Positions 48,605 to 61,600 of a stretch of DNA of 64,000 nucleotides are shown here, one piece after another. Below the pieces are notes generated by a model. That model saw only the letters and a list, made by a program, of their open reading frames with translations, ran no database searches and was not told the DNA's origin. The DNA is from Anthoceros angustus. Taxonomy: Eukaryota; Plantae; Anthocerotophyta. Positions within the stretch are counted from its first letter, which is position 1. Every line of letters starts with the position of its first letter. The stretch spans positions 62,001 to 126,000 of the forward strand of contig VJWM01000126.1 of assembly GCA_010909165.1 (NCBI GenBank), given 5' to 3'. Position numbers and translations under genes: made by a program.

Positions 48605-51595
48605 GGGAATTTGTTGTCTCTTGCAGCGGCCGGAGAGGGGAAAAGGGCTTTGTTTCACTGCAATTACTGCGGGAGGGATATTTCTGGCAACATTAGAGTG
48701 AAGTGTGCACAATGCAACGATTTTGATCTCTGTCTCGAGTGCTTTTCTGTTGGGGTGGAGCTCACTCCACACAAGAATAATCATGCCTATCGAGTTATTG
48801 TAAGTTCATGGCTTGGTTGGCTACTGCTGTTTCTACTGCTGTCGCTGTCCTTGGGTGCTAATTTGGTTCTGAATCTGCACGTGGCAGGATAATTTGTCCT
48901 TTCCTCTTATCAACCCGGATTGGATGGCTGACGAAGAAATGTTGCTCCTGGAGGTAACTATTCAGTTGTGATGCGGAGCTTCTCTCCTTTTAGATGGGAA
49001 ATTTTGGCTCCAGTTTTCCTGTAGCTTGTGTTTGACAGCGGTTGTGACTTGGGTTTGCAGGGAGTGGAAATGTATGGGTTGGGAAATTGGGCAGAAGTTG
49101 CAGAGCATGTTGGGGTGAAAACCGCGGGAGAGTGTTATGAGCACTATATGGCTGCATATATGGATTCTCCCTGTGCCCCGCTACCCGTAAGCCTCACCAA
49201 ATTTTATAACCTTGTCCTTTGGTTTGGACCGGTGTCCAACCAGGGGTACAGAGCTGGGATTCTGACGTATGTTTGGTGCGCTCTTCAGGATTTAAGCCAC
49301 CTGGCCGGTAAGACAAAGTCTGATCTCCTGGCACTGGCCAAGACGATCACGGAAGGCAAGAGGGGTATGTCATTGGTGCTCTTTCTTGGTGTACTCTGAG
49401 AACTGGCTGCTTTATGCATTGAACTGATTTGTGACCTGTGCAGGTTTCCCTAGTGTCAATGACGGCCTTAAAGTGGTCAAGCAGGAGCCAAGCATTTCAC
49501 CTGCTAGAGGAAGGTGAGAGGCTGTGTTTCCGTTGTTGTTGTCCTTGCTTCAGGGCACTTCTGTCAGTGTCTTGGTCCTTTGTGAAGGCGCCAGTTTTAG
49601 AGTATAGTGGAGCTTTCTGCTCTTCCTTGTGTAATACTTAGAGTGGGCCATGCCTTTCCAGGATGGATGAGGGCAAGGACCGTGATGTTTCAGCAGACAG
49701 GCGCTCACCCTCAACTAATTCAAAAGGTATAGTCTGTCCTCTAGGTGTGGTTGCCACCATGGCACTGTTGAGAGAGTTGAGGGTGTTGAGATGTGCTGTA
49801 AGAGGAAGAATGCATTGAGACAGAAGTGTGTCCGTGATCTTAGACCAGTATTGCTTCTCTGCTTCCAAGAGTGGGGAAGACAAGATTTCTGTTGATGCTG
49901 TTTGCAATCTGCTGTACTCATACTCACCCTGTGAATAGCAGGATTGAAAGATGAAAAGCCTCTGTTCAAGGTCATGTCAAAGCAGGATGATGGAGGAGAA
50001 GGTATTGGTGGTCCATCATCTCATGATCTTGGTGCAGCCAAGGGCACAGTATCTGCAGCTAGGAAGACTGGTGGTGGTCAGACTAGGGAGAACTCCGAAG
50101 GAGCTACTGGGGTTTCTGAGGGTATGTATGTACCTTCAAGATGTGGACTTAAATCGTAAGGTTTGCAGCGTGGAGGTTCCAAGGCTTCATGTCTCTATTG
50201 CTGTTGACCTGTAGATGGTGCCCATAGCAATCGGAGTCTTGGGGTGAAGAAGCCTAAGCCCTCAGCTGAGGATATCAAACCAGGAATCAATGGGATTGAT
50301 CAAAGTGGTTACAATGCAAAACGTGAGGAATTCGACCCCGAGTATGACAATGATGCAGAAGGCCCTTTGGCTGAGATGGATTTCAAAGAGACAGATACTG
50401 AAACTGATCGCGAACTCAAGATACGTATGCTGAATATCTACAATGCGAGGTGAGTACACCCCTGGGAATCATGTTGGCTGTATATCATTCAGTCGGGTTA
50501 TTTGCATGCACTTTGACCTCGAGGGACCCCAATTTTTTGTAGCATGAGACTTAAGCGGACATTTTCCTCTTGATTGCGGCAGAGCCCTAAGTGTGCGCTG
50601 TCTATTTCAGGCTTGATGAGCGGAAGCGGCGCAAGGAGTTTATCTTATCCAGAGGTCTGTTGAATGTCAAAGCCCAGCAAACTCTAGAGAGAAAGAGGTC
50701 CAAGGAAGAGCGGGACCTGCACAATCGTGCTAAGGTTTTTATGAGATACCACTCTCAGGAAGACCATGAAAGCTTGCTTGAGGGGCTGTTAAAAGAACGA
50801 AGGCTGCGGCAAAGAATCGAAGAGTTGCAGGTTAGAGACGCTCCGCAAGATCCGGTGCCTTTAATACTTAATCGTTGTTTTCCAATGTTAATGGCCGAGA
50901 AACCCGAAGATCGTTTAAGACAAGCATTGCGCTTCATTCAGGAACTAAGAAGGGCTGGGTGTCAGACGTTGGGAGAAGGGGAGGCGTATGTCTCGGAGAA
51001 GAAACGGCGAGAAACAGAGGCAAATGCCAGAAAAATGCGGGAAAGCGCATCATATCTTTACCAGGGAAAGGTAGCCCACAGGTCAAACCGATATGTGAAC
51101 AGGGATAGAGACGCTGATCCAACCTCTGCCGGCAACTTGAAGGAGCTCCAAAAGTCCAGGAGCGCCGGTGGCCATCATCCTCTGAGCAGTAGCATGCTGC
51201 CAAGTAGTGGGAGGGGAGCAAGGCGGGAAAACTCGCCGTTAGATCTGTCGGGTCTTTCAGGGACTGAGTTGCTGTCACAAGCAGTACGTCTTCCCGCAAG
51301 CCCCTCTTTCATTTCCCATCTCCTGTTACAAGTACTGCAGGGCCTGATTTGTGATTTGAAATATGCGCAGGAACAGGAGCTGTGCTCACAGGTCAGACTT
51401 TTCCCAACCCACTATCTCCAGATGAAGGAAAAGCTCATGTTGGAAAGCCTGAACAAAGGGCAAGTACGCAGAGCTGTTGCTTATGGCATGTTCAAAGTCG
51501 ACCCTATGAAAACGGACCGTGTTTTTGAGCTGTTGTCGAGTAGGGGATGGATTCAAGGTGACAGTCCGCCAATGCTTCCCCCTCCAGACAGATAG
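47990..51595 (+). CDS. ADA2: Transcriptional adapter ADA2 (SAGA complex), multi-exon
   Basis: ZZ finger HCNYC..RVKCAQC.DFDLCLECFSVG, SANT DW.ADEEMLLLEG.EMYGLGNWAEVAEHVG, REEFDPEYDNDAE, RLDERKRRKEFI, and SWIRM EQELCSQVRL. The first exon (MGKRGRPKR, 47990-48015) is inferred from splice phase. Confidence 0.95.
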
Positions 51596-52289
51596 CATTG
51601 CGTCCGGACCGCACGTACCATTTCAATCCTTTGTACATTAATTCATTGCACGAATTATCGTGCCAAAACTCTCCGCCCAAGCTAGAATTCCGTACGAGCA
51701 TTCTGTACTGAGTGTACCCGGACACAAGACATAGTATGTACTGCACACCAGCCGGTTGGCTTTCAGGTGGAGCCGGCAGCCCAAACGATTCCACTCCCGC
51801 GTTTCATTTGCCGCATTCTTTCGCTTCTGGTCTGGCCGTCGAGATGTGGATCGATTATTGTGGCACCGGTAAATCGAATGATGTCGTGGGGGAGCAAGAG
51901 CTGATTCTGGAGCCCTGGCCTAATGGACTCGTTGGAGAGTCATTCGCTGATGTTCCACGGGAGAAGGCATTGTAGCTGAGTGAAATCTTACAAGACAGTC
52001 TTCGCAGCTTCGGAGGATTTTGATTGTTTTTCAGTATACTATTTCAAAGCGAGGCACTCGGTTGGTGAAATTCCTCTTAGAAGTGGATTTGATCATGATG
52101 CTTCAGCAATGTTCACAGGGATGGCCAGGTTTGCTTGCTCTGGACTCTGTGCCCGCACCTGTTCTCCGTGTCCACTCTCATTGTAAAATCTGTAGACCTA
52201 CTTCTTATTGACTGGTAAATGTTGCTGATGCCACAGGTGGGGATGAGGTAACTCACTCCAACGGTGTAGATGGAAATGTGGACGTGCAC

Positions 52290-54012
52290 ATGCCTGATGC
52301 CACTAGTCTTATAGGTTGGCAGCCACCTCCTGGGGAAGGTGAAGCTAAGCTGGATCTCGTGGTGTTAAGTGCTTCTGAATCAGACTATGAGTATTCCAGC
52401 GAAGAAGAGATTGACGAGGACATCGAAGGGGAATCAGATGATGAACATGGAGAGGAGGGCAGCGCAATCTTGGTAATCCATGAATGCAGAATTTGTGCAG
52501 CTTGAGCGTTCGGTTACGGGAACGAGGGATTGTTTCTTACGCTTCGACTTGCAGACAGCTGTGACACTAATGGAGACAGACGAGGAGATTCAGGAAGAAA
52601 TTGATGCTCTGTTGCAGCTTGAAAGCGAGGTGATATTTGAATTCCCTCTCAGCAAACATAATTTGACATTGTGAAGTGTGACCATCAGTTGAGCCGCGCT
52701 AATGTGCCTCCAAAATTCTTACTCAATCGTAGTACAAATTTCCTGTAGGCGGCGGAACTGCAGGAGATGTTGGAAGAGGAGTCATTGGATTGTGTTAGAT
52801 GTGAAGCGACATTGGAGCTGTCTGAAAAATTTGCAGATCCTGACAAGGTGAGTTATGATTTTCAGCAGTGGCACAACTGGGTGTCTGAAGTGCTTAACTT
52901 GATGTGGAGGGTGCTGTGTCCACCTGCACAGCGCAGCTGGCTGCAGCAACTGAGAAGGAGATGTATACCTATCAAAACATTGTGGAGGAAGACCTGCTCG
53001 AAGTTGAAGCGTACATTATCGGCATACAGGTAACTCCAGTTGTTTGATCGAGAATCTCATATCTACCTCTACGCGTGCGTGTGCAATACATGTGCCTCCA
53101 CTGGATCTCGGCCCAGGGCGCGGGAAAAGAAAAAAAATGCTGAACTGCTTTTCGTTCAGGAACGGTTGGATGCTGCTGGGATCAGCCTGCCCGCCATATA
53201 TAAGGAGATTGAGAAGCTGGCTCCAGATCACTGCAAAACGAATGCATGGAAGAAGAGGGCGCACTGGGCTGGCTTGCAGGAAACATCGGAGGTACTCAGT
53301 ATCATTAAGGACGCAGAGTCTGAGTTGGAGAACAGCAGACCTGTGACGAGGTCAGTGCATGCATTCCCAACAACCTACGGTGAACGTTTTTAAATGTGGC
53401 CAGTTTTGTGAGAGATAAGTAATTGGCAATGCGCAAAGTAACACACCGTATGGTGCATCGATCAGGCTTCGTGGAAGGAGCTTTGAAGCTGGAGCTAGCG
53501 GCATGCTGGCCAAGAAGTTTGGCCTATCCACTAGTGCAGATGCTCCAGTGGCTCAGGGATGGAGAGCATTTGATGCTCGAACGGATGCTGATGCAGATGC
53601 TAAGATATACGGGGCATCCACACCTCAGCAAGCAGCTCAAGTACTGGGCCCCGGAGTTCCAGCAGCTGATGAGGTTCGTTCAAATTTGTGAACACCAGGA
53701 TCAAATAAAATTGTTTAGACGGGTGTAAACTTACAGCCAAGTCTCGACTAGGTGGAGGAGATTTCGGAATGGGAAGACGCGGCAGGACCATTCTCTGAAG
53801 CCCTAAAGAACGAGGGAGAAAACGGTCTTACAAAGACACAGCGAGAGAACCTCAAGAAGGTAATCAACGATATTTTGAATTCGGGTCAGGCCCGGTGGTA
53901 GTTATCTCACAGGCCTGTCGAGAATCTCTGTTTGCAGATTGACGAACAGAATGATGCTCGCAAGTACACAACAGTGAAACCAAGCAAACGCAAAGGCGAA
54001 TGGCAGCAGTAA
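52290..54012 (+). CDS. Stand-alone N-terminal region of plant ATRX (CHR20-like), copy A; 8 exons, 343 aa; no ADD or SNF2 domain
   Basis: Exons 52290-52472, 52555-52629, 52749-52847, 52937-53029, 53160-53350, 53466-53673, 53752-53859 and 53938-54012 give an open frame. It contains EEIDALLQLESEAAELQEMLEEESL, LDAAGISLPAIYKEIE..TNAWKKRAHWAG, GASGMLAKKF and ASTPQQAA..VEEI, matching the plant ATRX N-terminus as recalled. Confidence 0.85.
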
Positions 54013-54079
54013 ACAGGTTTATGTCACCACCTCACAGATTCTAGAACAACCTATGCGAGTTCGAGGCTTCCAGAAGCTT

Positions 54080-54960
54080 AACTCCCTTGGGAGCCCGAGG
54101 TGTTGCCTCTGGAGAAAAATTTGAGGGTTCTGGAGCTGGCAGAATGGATAGGTTAAGTACTATAACACCGACATACAAATCCAAAGTTCGGCACCTTTCA
54201 TACTTGCCATGGTCATTTTGGACGATTTAGGAGTGCTAGCAATTCAATCCTAGAGTCCAGTACACCGTTTGCTTTAGATGCAAGATGTACCCATCAGAGG
54301 AACTTCACATCTCTACCTTGTCAGCTCGCTTAGCTTTGTGTTCACCTATATCTGCATTTTCTTTTTTTCTTTTAACCCCCTTAGCGCTGTAGCTTGAGCA
54401 TGTGGATTTCTTTCCTCCAGTCTGAAAGCTCTAGCAGCTTCTTGCAACGGTATAGCACGGCCAGGCAGACTATATGGTCAGGGCAACTTTAAGAAATGAC
54501 ATCCCACGGAAACGAGACGAGCAAGGTTGCAGTGCAATGCTGGTCTCACCCTAGTTTTGGAACCAGTGAAATCGCGTCCACACTTAGTTTTGAAACCAGT
54601 GAAGCCACGTCTATACCAGCTCCACATGCAATGCAAACCCTCTGCAAAGACCTCCCAGCTTAGAGATGACACTTACTTCAGGGAATGACACTTCAGAGGT
54701 CATTCGAGGTCTTCACATGCTTAATCTATAAACATATCCATCAATGAAGTATTATAGTTTTGTATATACTTTTAAAAAGTTCCACCTCCAAATACACGGC
54801 AAGAGAAGCTATCTTAGCATAGCACCACTAAGCAGCAAGAAGTGGAAAATCATGGGTCCCTTGACCACACTAGTTTTCACGAGATTAAGTATCATGTTCT
54901 TATGCATCTTTGCTCCCTAAACAATGGAGTAAAACTAGAAGGCAGCTGAAAAAAATGAAG
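54080..54960 (-). pseudogene. Partial duplicate of the 3' half of the 2OG-fold/U-box gene
   Basis: Colinear with 59070-59935, including exons and introns. The segment equivalent to about 58010-59070 is missing. Confidence 0.85.
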
Positions 54961-55519
54961 CAAATATAAAATATTTACAAAACTAGAAGTGCATTAAAAA
55001 AAGTAAAGTATAAAATGATTGTTTACAACAATACATTTCTCAGCCAAGGTTATAAGATGTCTCTAAATAGTAAAAACAAATTTCACAACCGCTTAGTAAA
55101 ATGCTTTTAGAATTCAGTATTGTGTAGAGTATCACAAGGCACGATTTTTCGTTATCCCTCATCCTCTTTACGTGAAGAATGAACATTAGCACGCCAGCCA
55201 AAGAGCTGTAGAAAATCTAATCTAGTCCTCATACGTCAAGAGAAGATTTAAAAACTCCAATCTAGTCTTTAATTAATAGGTTGGATATTGATGTCATGTT
55301 GTGGTTGAAACTTTTAAAGAGGTTATCTATTGTTGACACGCCCATAACAATGAGATGACATATGCTTGATGTAAATTCCTAATATAAATCATAGAATGAA
55401 TACTAGTATCAAAACATTTCTTTGTGGATAGACCAATCATCCCTTTAGCTCAAACACAAAACATGAACGAGTACAATTAAAGAGGTGAACATATGGAGAG
55501 GTGTTGAATTCTAAAGCGT

Positions 55520-55537
55520 CATATATATATGTATATA

Positions 55538-55582
<45 letters not shown>

Positions 55583-55675
55583 GTATATATATATGTATAT
55601 ATATATATATTATATGTATATGTATGTGTGTGTAAGAGATCTCTCTTTCTATATATATATTGAAAGAGAGAGATA
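55520..55675. repeat. Compound (TA)n/(TATATATG)n/(GA)n microsatellite
   Basis: Directly visible, at the boundary of duplicated block B. Confidence 0.95.
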
Positions 55676-55834
55676 TTGAACCCTAAAGCGAGATGGACCG
55701 AGATTTGCTTGCTCTGGACTCTGTGCCCGCACCTGCTCTCCATATCTACTCCCACCTTGGTAAATGTTGCTGATGCCAGAGGTGGGGATGGGGTAACCCA
55801 CTCCATCGGTGTAGATGGAAATGTGGATGTGCAC

Positions 55835-57955
55835 ATGCCGGATGCAAATATTCTTATACCTTTGCAGCCACCTCCGGAGAAGGTGAAGCTAAGCTGGATC
55901 TTGTGGTGTTTAGTGATTCGGAATCAGACTCAAAGCATTCCAGCGAAAAACAGGTTGACAAGGACATGGAAGGAAAATCAGATGATGAACATGGAGAGAG
56001 GGACAGCGAAAAACATGGAGAGGAGGAGTGCAAAAGGGCTGATGACATTATTTATTTGGGTTGGCATCCACCTCCTGGGAAAGGTGAAGCTAAGCTGGAT
56101 GTCGTGGTGTTAAGTGATTCTGAATCAGACTCTGAGTATCCCAGCAAAGGAAATGTTGACGAGGACATGGAAGGAAAACCAGATGATGAACATGGAGAGA
56201 GGGACAGCGAAAAATATGGAGAGGAGGAGACCAAAATGGCTGATGCCATTATTTATTTAGGTTGGCATCCACCTCCTGGGGAAGGTGAAGCTAAGCTGGA
56301 TCTCGTGGTGTTAAGTGATTCTGAATCAGACTCTGAGGATCCCAGCAAAGGAAATGTTGAGGAGGACATCGAAGGAAAATCAGATGATGAACATGGAGAG
56401 GAGGACAGCGAAATCTTCTGGGTAATCCATGAATGCAGAATTTGTGCAGCTTGAGCGTTCGGTGATGGGGACAAGGAATTGTTTCTTACGCTTGGATTTG
56501 CAGACACCTGGGACACTATTAGAGACAGACGAGGAGATTCAGGAAGAAATTGATGCTCTGTTGCAGCTTGAAAGCGAGGTGATATTTGAATTCCTTCTGA
56601 GCAAACATAATTTGACAGTGTGAAGTGTGACCATCAGTTGCGCCGGGCTAATGTCCCTCCAAAATTCTTACTCAATCGCAGTATACATTTCCTGTAGGCG
56701 GCGGAACTGCAGGAGAAGTTGGAAGAGGAGTCATTGGCTCGTGTTAGATGTGAAGCCAGATTGGAGTTATCTGAAAAATTCGCAGATCCTGACAAGGTGA
56801 GTTATGATTTTCCGCAGTGGCACCACTGGGTGTCTACGTGCTTAACTTGATGTCGAGGGTGCTGTGTCCACCTGCACCAACGCAGCTGGCTGCAGAAACT
56901 GAGGAGGAGCTGTCTACTTATCAAAACAATGTGAAGGAACGCCTGCTCGTAGTTGAAGAAGAAATTAGCGACAGACAGGTACCTCCAGTGGCCTGGTTGA
57001 GAATCTCATATCTACCTCTACGCGTGCGTGCGCAATACATGTGCCTTCACTGGATCTCGGCCCAGCTATGCGCGGGAAAAGAATAATCCTGAGCTGCTTG
57101 TCTTCAGGAACGGTTGGATGCTGCTGGTATCAGCCTGCCCGCCATATATAAGGAGATTGAGAAGCAGACTCTAGATCACTGCAGAACGGATGCATGGAAG
57201 AAGAGAGCGCACTGGGCTGGCTTGCAGGAAACATCGGAGGTACTCAGTATCATTAAGGACGCAGAGTCTGAGTTGGAGAAGAGCAGACCTGTGACGAGGT
57301 AAGCGCATGCATTAGCAACAACCTACAGTGAACGTTTTTAAATGTGACCAGTTTTATGAGAGATGAGTAATTGGCAATGCGCCAAAGTAACACACCGTAT
57401 GGTGCATCGATCAGGCTTCGTGGAAGGACCTTTGAAACTGGAGCTAGCGGAATGCTTGCCAAGAAGTTTGACCTACCCTCTAGTGCAAATGCTCCAGTGG
57501 ATCAGGGATGGAGAGCATTTGATGCTCGGACGGAGGCTGATGCAGACGCTAAGATATACGGGGCATCCACACCACAGGAAGCAGCTCAAGTACTGGGCCC
57601 CGAAGTTCCAGCTGCTAATGAGGTTCGTTCAAATTTGTGAATACCAGGATCAAATAAAATTTTGTTGAGGATTGTGAACTCACAGCCACGTCTCGCGTAG
57701 GTGGAGGAGATTTCGGTATTGGAAAACGCGGCACCTTTCTCTGAAGCCCTTCAGAACGAGGGAGGGAACGGTCTTACAAATACACAGCGAGAGACCCTCA
57801 AAAAGGTAATCAACAATGCTTGAATTCGGGTCCGGCGCAGTAAAACCCCACAGCCTGTCAATAATCTCTGTTTGCAGGTTGACGAACAGAATGTGCTCGC
57901 AAGTACACAGAGAGCACTGAAATCAAGCAAACGCAAAGGCGAATGGCAGCAGTAA
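55835..57955 (+). CDS. Stand-alone ATRX N-terminal gene, copy B, with an expanded acidic exon 1 and one apparent 1-nt deletion near 55875
   Basis: Same 8-exon structure and splice sites as copy A, same stop context (SKRKGEWQQ*), and exons 2-8 open. Confidence 0.78.
55860..56400 (+). repeat. 201-nt (67-codon) coding tandem repeat, about 2.7 units
   Basis: GGTTGGCATCCACCTCCTGGG at 56059 and 56260. The unit encodes GWHPPPG.GEAKLD.VVLSDSESDSE...DDEHGE.DSE. Confidence 0.9.
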
Positions 57956-58623
57956 ACAATTTTGTCAACACCTCACAGATTCTAGAACAACCTCCGCGAG
58001 TTCGATGCTTCCAGAAGCATAATGGGTCGCGAGCAACGACAGGGAACGCACTCGGAGGCTACTTTCAAGACGGAACAGTTACGTGGAAACCAAATGTACG
58101 TTCGGACAGAAACGACAATGTGTTTGTTGCAAAAATCCAGCCTTTACATTTTCATGAACGACGCTCCTGCAACCTGAGCTTTCTTTGCCCAGCTGCAAAA
58201 TGAGAAACGAAAGGAGATGGTCAATATCGGGTACGACACTGCCCCATGGCCCATTGCAGTTAGCAAACCTCATGTCTTATGCCAAAATAAATGAGAAATG
58301 TAAAATATTCCCAATGATCTTCTCACACAAGCAGTCATGGATTGGACGGACCAACAATTGAACCTACAGCTAAGAAAATTTACGATGGGTCAGTCTATGA
58401 AATGTGGCCTGACATACATACTCAGACAAAAGTAAGGGACAAGCAGCCGCGGTGAAATCACCTCATATATACATATGAGAAGAAGAACATGTACACTATT
58501 GCCGCAAGAAATTACCCTCCAAAAGACATCCCTTCCAAGGCCTGCATAAAGTACATAATTGGCATAACGAGTTAACTCTCTTGTATGACCGGTCCTCTTT
58601 TCTACATATACCCTGGTAACGGG

Positions 58624-61600
58624 TCACAAGTCCGCCGAGTGCGCTTGTCTATCTTCGCTGACCCCATTCTTCAACTCAGTTGTTGCCTTTGCAAGAGAAC
58701 GATACTGTAATCTCAAACTCTCCGAGTTGTCCACCATTGTTACTAAATACCTGAAGGTGATCAGAACCAGGATTAGCACAGAGAAGCTGGGCACGAAAAG
58801 CCAGAAGAGAGCCTATTCAAAAACAAAAGCGCCTCGTACCAGCCATTTAGACACTTATTTGTCACAACAGCTTCTCGTCCGACATATTTCCCTGCAGTCC
58901 TTTTGTTGCCCTGTACATTGTATGATGAGTAATGGCAAAGTCAAAATCAAGGAGTCAATCTAACCACATACAAAGCATGCACACACTGCAATCAAAACTC
59001 CTCACCAAATCAACCAGAAAAGGCAAGTCACCTTAATCATAACCCTTTCATTCACGGCAAAGGGGTACTGAACTCCCTTGGGAGGCCGAGGTGTTGCCTC
59101 TGGAGAAGAATTTGAGGGTTCTGGAGCTGGCAGAATGGATAAGTTACTCTACAACACCGACAGACAAATTCAAGGTTAGACACCTTCACACTTGCCCTGG
59201 TCATTCTGGGCAATTTACGAGGGCTAGCAATTCAATCCTAAAGTCCAGTACATCTTTTGCTTTAGATGCAAGATGTACCCATCCGAGGAACTTCACATAT
59301 CTATACCTTATTAGCTCGCTTAGCTTTGGGTTCACCAATATCTGCAATTTCTTTTTTTCTTTTAACCCCCCTTAGAACTGTAGCTTGAGCGTGTCGAGTT
59401 CTTTCCTCCCGTCTGAAAGCTCTAGCAGCTGCTTGCAACGCTGTAGCACAGGCAGGCAGACTACAGTTAGGAAAATATCAAGGAATGACATCCCACTGAA
59501 ATGAGACATGCAGGGTGTGCAATGCTGGTCCCACCATAGTTTGGAACAAGTGAATTCACGTCCACACCAGCTCCACATGAGATGCAGACCCTCTGCAAAA
59601 ATGTCCCAGGTTAGATTTCCACGAGTGGACTAAAACCCCTACAGAGGTCACTCGTTGTTTTCACATTCATGCCACGCTTTATCTACGAACAGATCCATGA
59701 AATAAGGTCTTACAGTTTCGTATACTCTTTGAAGAGTTCCACCTCCAAATGAATGGCCACAGGGAGCCACCTTAGCATCCTCTAGCAGAGCCCCACTACA
59801 AACCAAGCAAGTGGAAAATCATGGATCCCTCAACCATGCTAGTTTTCAAGAGGCAAGTACCGTGTTCTCAGGCACCTTTCCTCCCTAAACAATGGCAGCA
59901 AAACCAGAAGTGCGCTGAAAAAAGGAGGGAAGTACAAAATGATTACTTACGTCAGCGGATCAGATAGTACATTTCTCAGCGAAGGTTCTGAGCTGCCTCT
60001 AGCTGGCTCCTAAATAACAAAAGCAGATTCCACAACCGGCTTAATCCAGAGCTCAGTACAATCAAAATTGACAGCATAAGACACAGCAAAGACTGATCAC
60101 CCCCGACGATATGCATCCATCTCATGGGGGTCCAAGATTAAAGGATGACAGTTACCAGAGCTTTGTCTGCACCATTTCCCATCAATGCCTCTGCTGCCTT
60201 CAAGCCTTCCATAAACTGACTCACTAAGACAGGGGAAAACCCCTCAGGCACAGGATGTCCCGCCTCCGCAAGAGACGTGCAGTCAATTGTTGCAGAGTCC
60301 CGCGGCACCATCCGAAATGTCATAGAAATCCTGTACTAATGACCATAACATAAGCTAGTGGGGTAGGGAAGGAAAACGAAGATCACGGCACAGAACTGAC
60401 AAACTGTTTGGTTCACCACAGTCAAACACTACGTCAGTTACCCAAGCTATTGACCACCGTGTGACAAGGAACACACCTTCCGACAGGGCCAGAGGTGGAA
60501 GGATTAGATGAGGGCACTGGTACAACACGAAAGGCTGAAGACTTTCGAAGGCCGGCAGTTGCTTGGTGGAGGGCCCTGCCAACAAGCAGCAGCAGATCAC
60601 CTGGACCGAGTCCACTGTCTGCTAAGTACCACCGACCACTAGAATCACACACCTGCAAATTGGAGAGCAGCATCTTAGACATCCCCAACCGCCTGGCCTC
60701 CTCTTACCTTCTTCATTCCTCATGGAGAAAGCACCCAGTTCTACTGAAAAGAAGCTTGTCAAGACTAAAATTATGTGATGCGTGTGACGATGCAAATCTA
60801 GCGCATACAGCCTACAAGGATTAAAATTACCTGCAAACCAGGAGAATCAGATGCAATTAACCTTAGCAGCCCCTTCTCCACATCCTGGCCATGAAATGTG
60901 TCGCCTCCATGATGGGTCTTAGCAAGGGAAGAAGAAGTGAAATGCGCAGCTGCAGTCAAAACTGAATGGGACACTTCGCCAGGCACCAAAGGAGAGTCAT
61001 CTAACAGCGGACAGAATGCGCTGCATAACAAACAAGGCACGAGTTGAGACTAATGCAGGCGAATGGAGTAGCCATCAAGAGCAGAAAGTCAAAACCAGAA
61101 AATGATAGCGCAAACAACGTCTTACTCGCTTCGAAGTTGAAGATGTCTCGCAATGGCACTCAAACAAGCTCTAGATGCTTTTCCGAGGCATCTAAATGCC
61201 TCAGGCATACAAGGTGGTGGAGGGTCAGAGCCTTCACCTGCAGAAATTCTGCGCAGGTGCACAGCGATTAAGAGACAAAGCAGTCAAACGAGGCAGGTCC
61301 ACGGCCACAAAGCTCAGATGCCTAATAGCAGCAGCGTGCCCCAGCCAAGCATCCAGATGATTGTGAAGACGTACCTCCCAGCTCGATAACAGTAAATGGA
61401 TTGAGCCGCAGTAGTCAAGTAGCCAGAGGATTTACCCTGGTCCGACGCATGCCAGGGATGCGACGCCTCCACACCCTGGGCCCTGCTTCTAAAATACAAC
61501 CTGGAGGACTCCAGGGCACATCTCATGAGTGCTGCGTCCTCCCCATTGAGCTCTATAATAGCTGCATTGTTTTTGGCCAGAGACTGCGAGAGCATCTCCA

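Noticed and set aside
53423-57668. ORFs MAMRKVTHRMVHRSG... (53423-53728 and 57363-57668)
   Set aside because: Alternative frames of ATRX-N exon 6; the conserved motifs are in the other frame.
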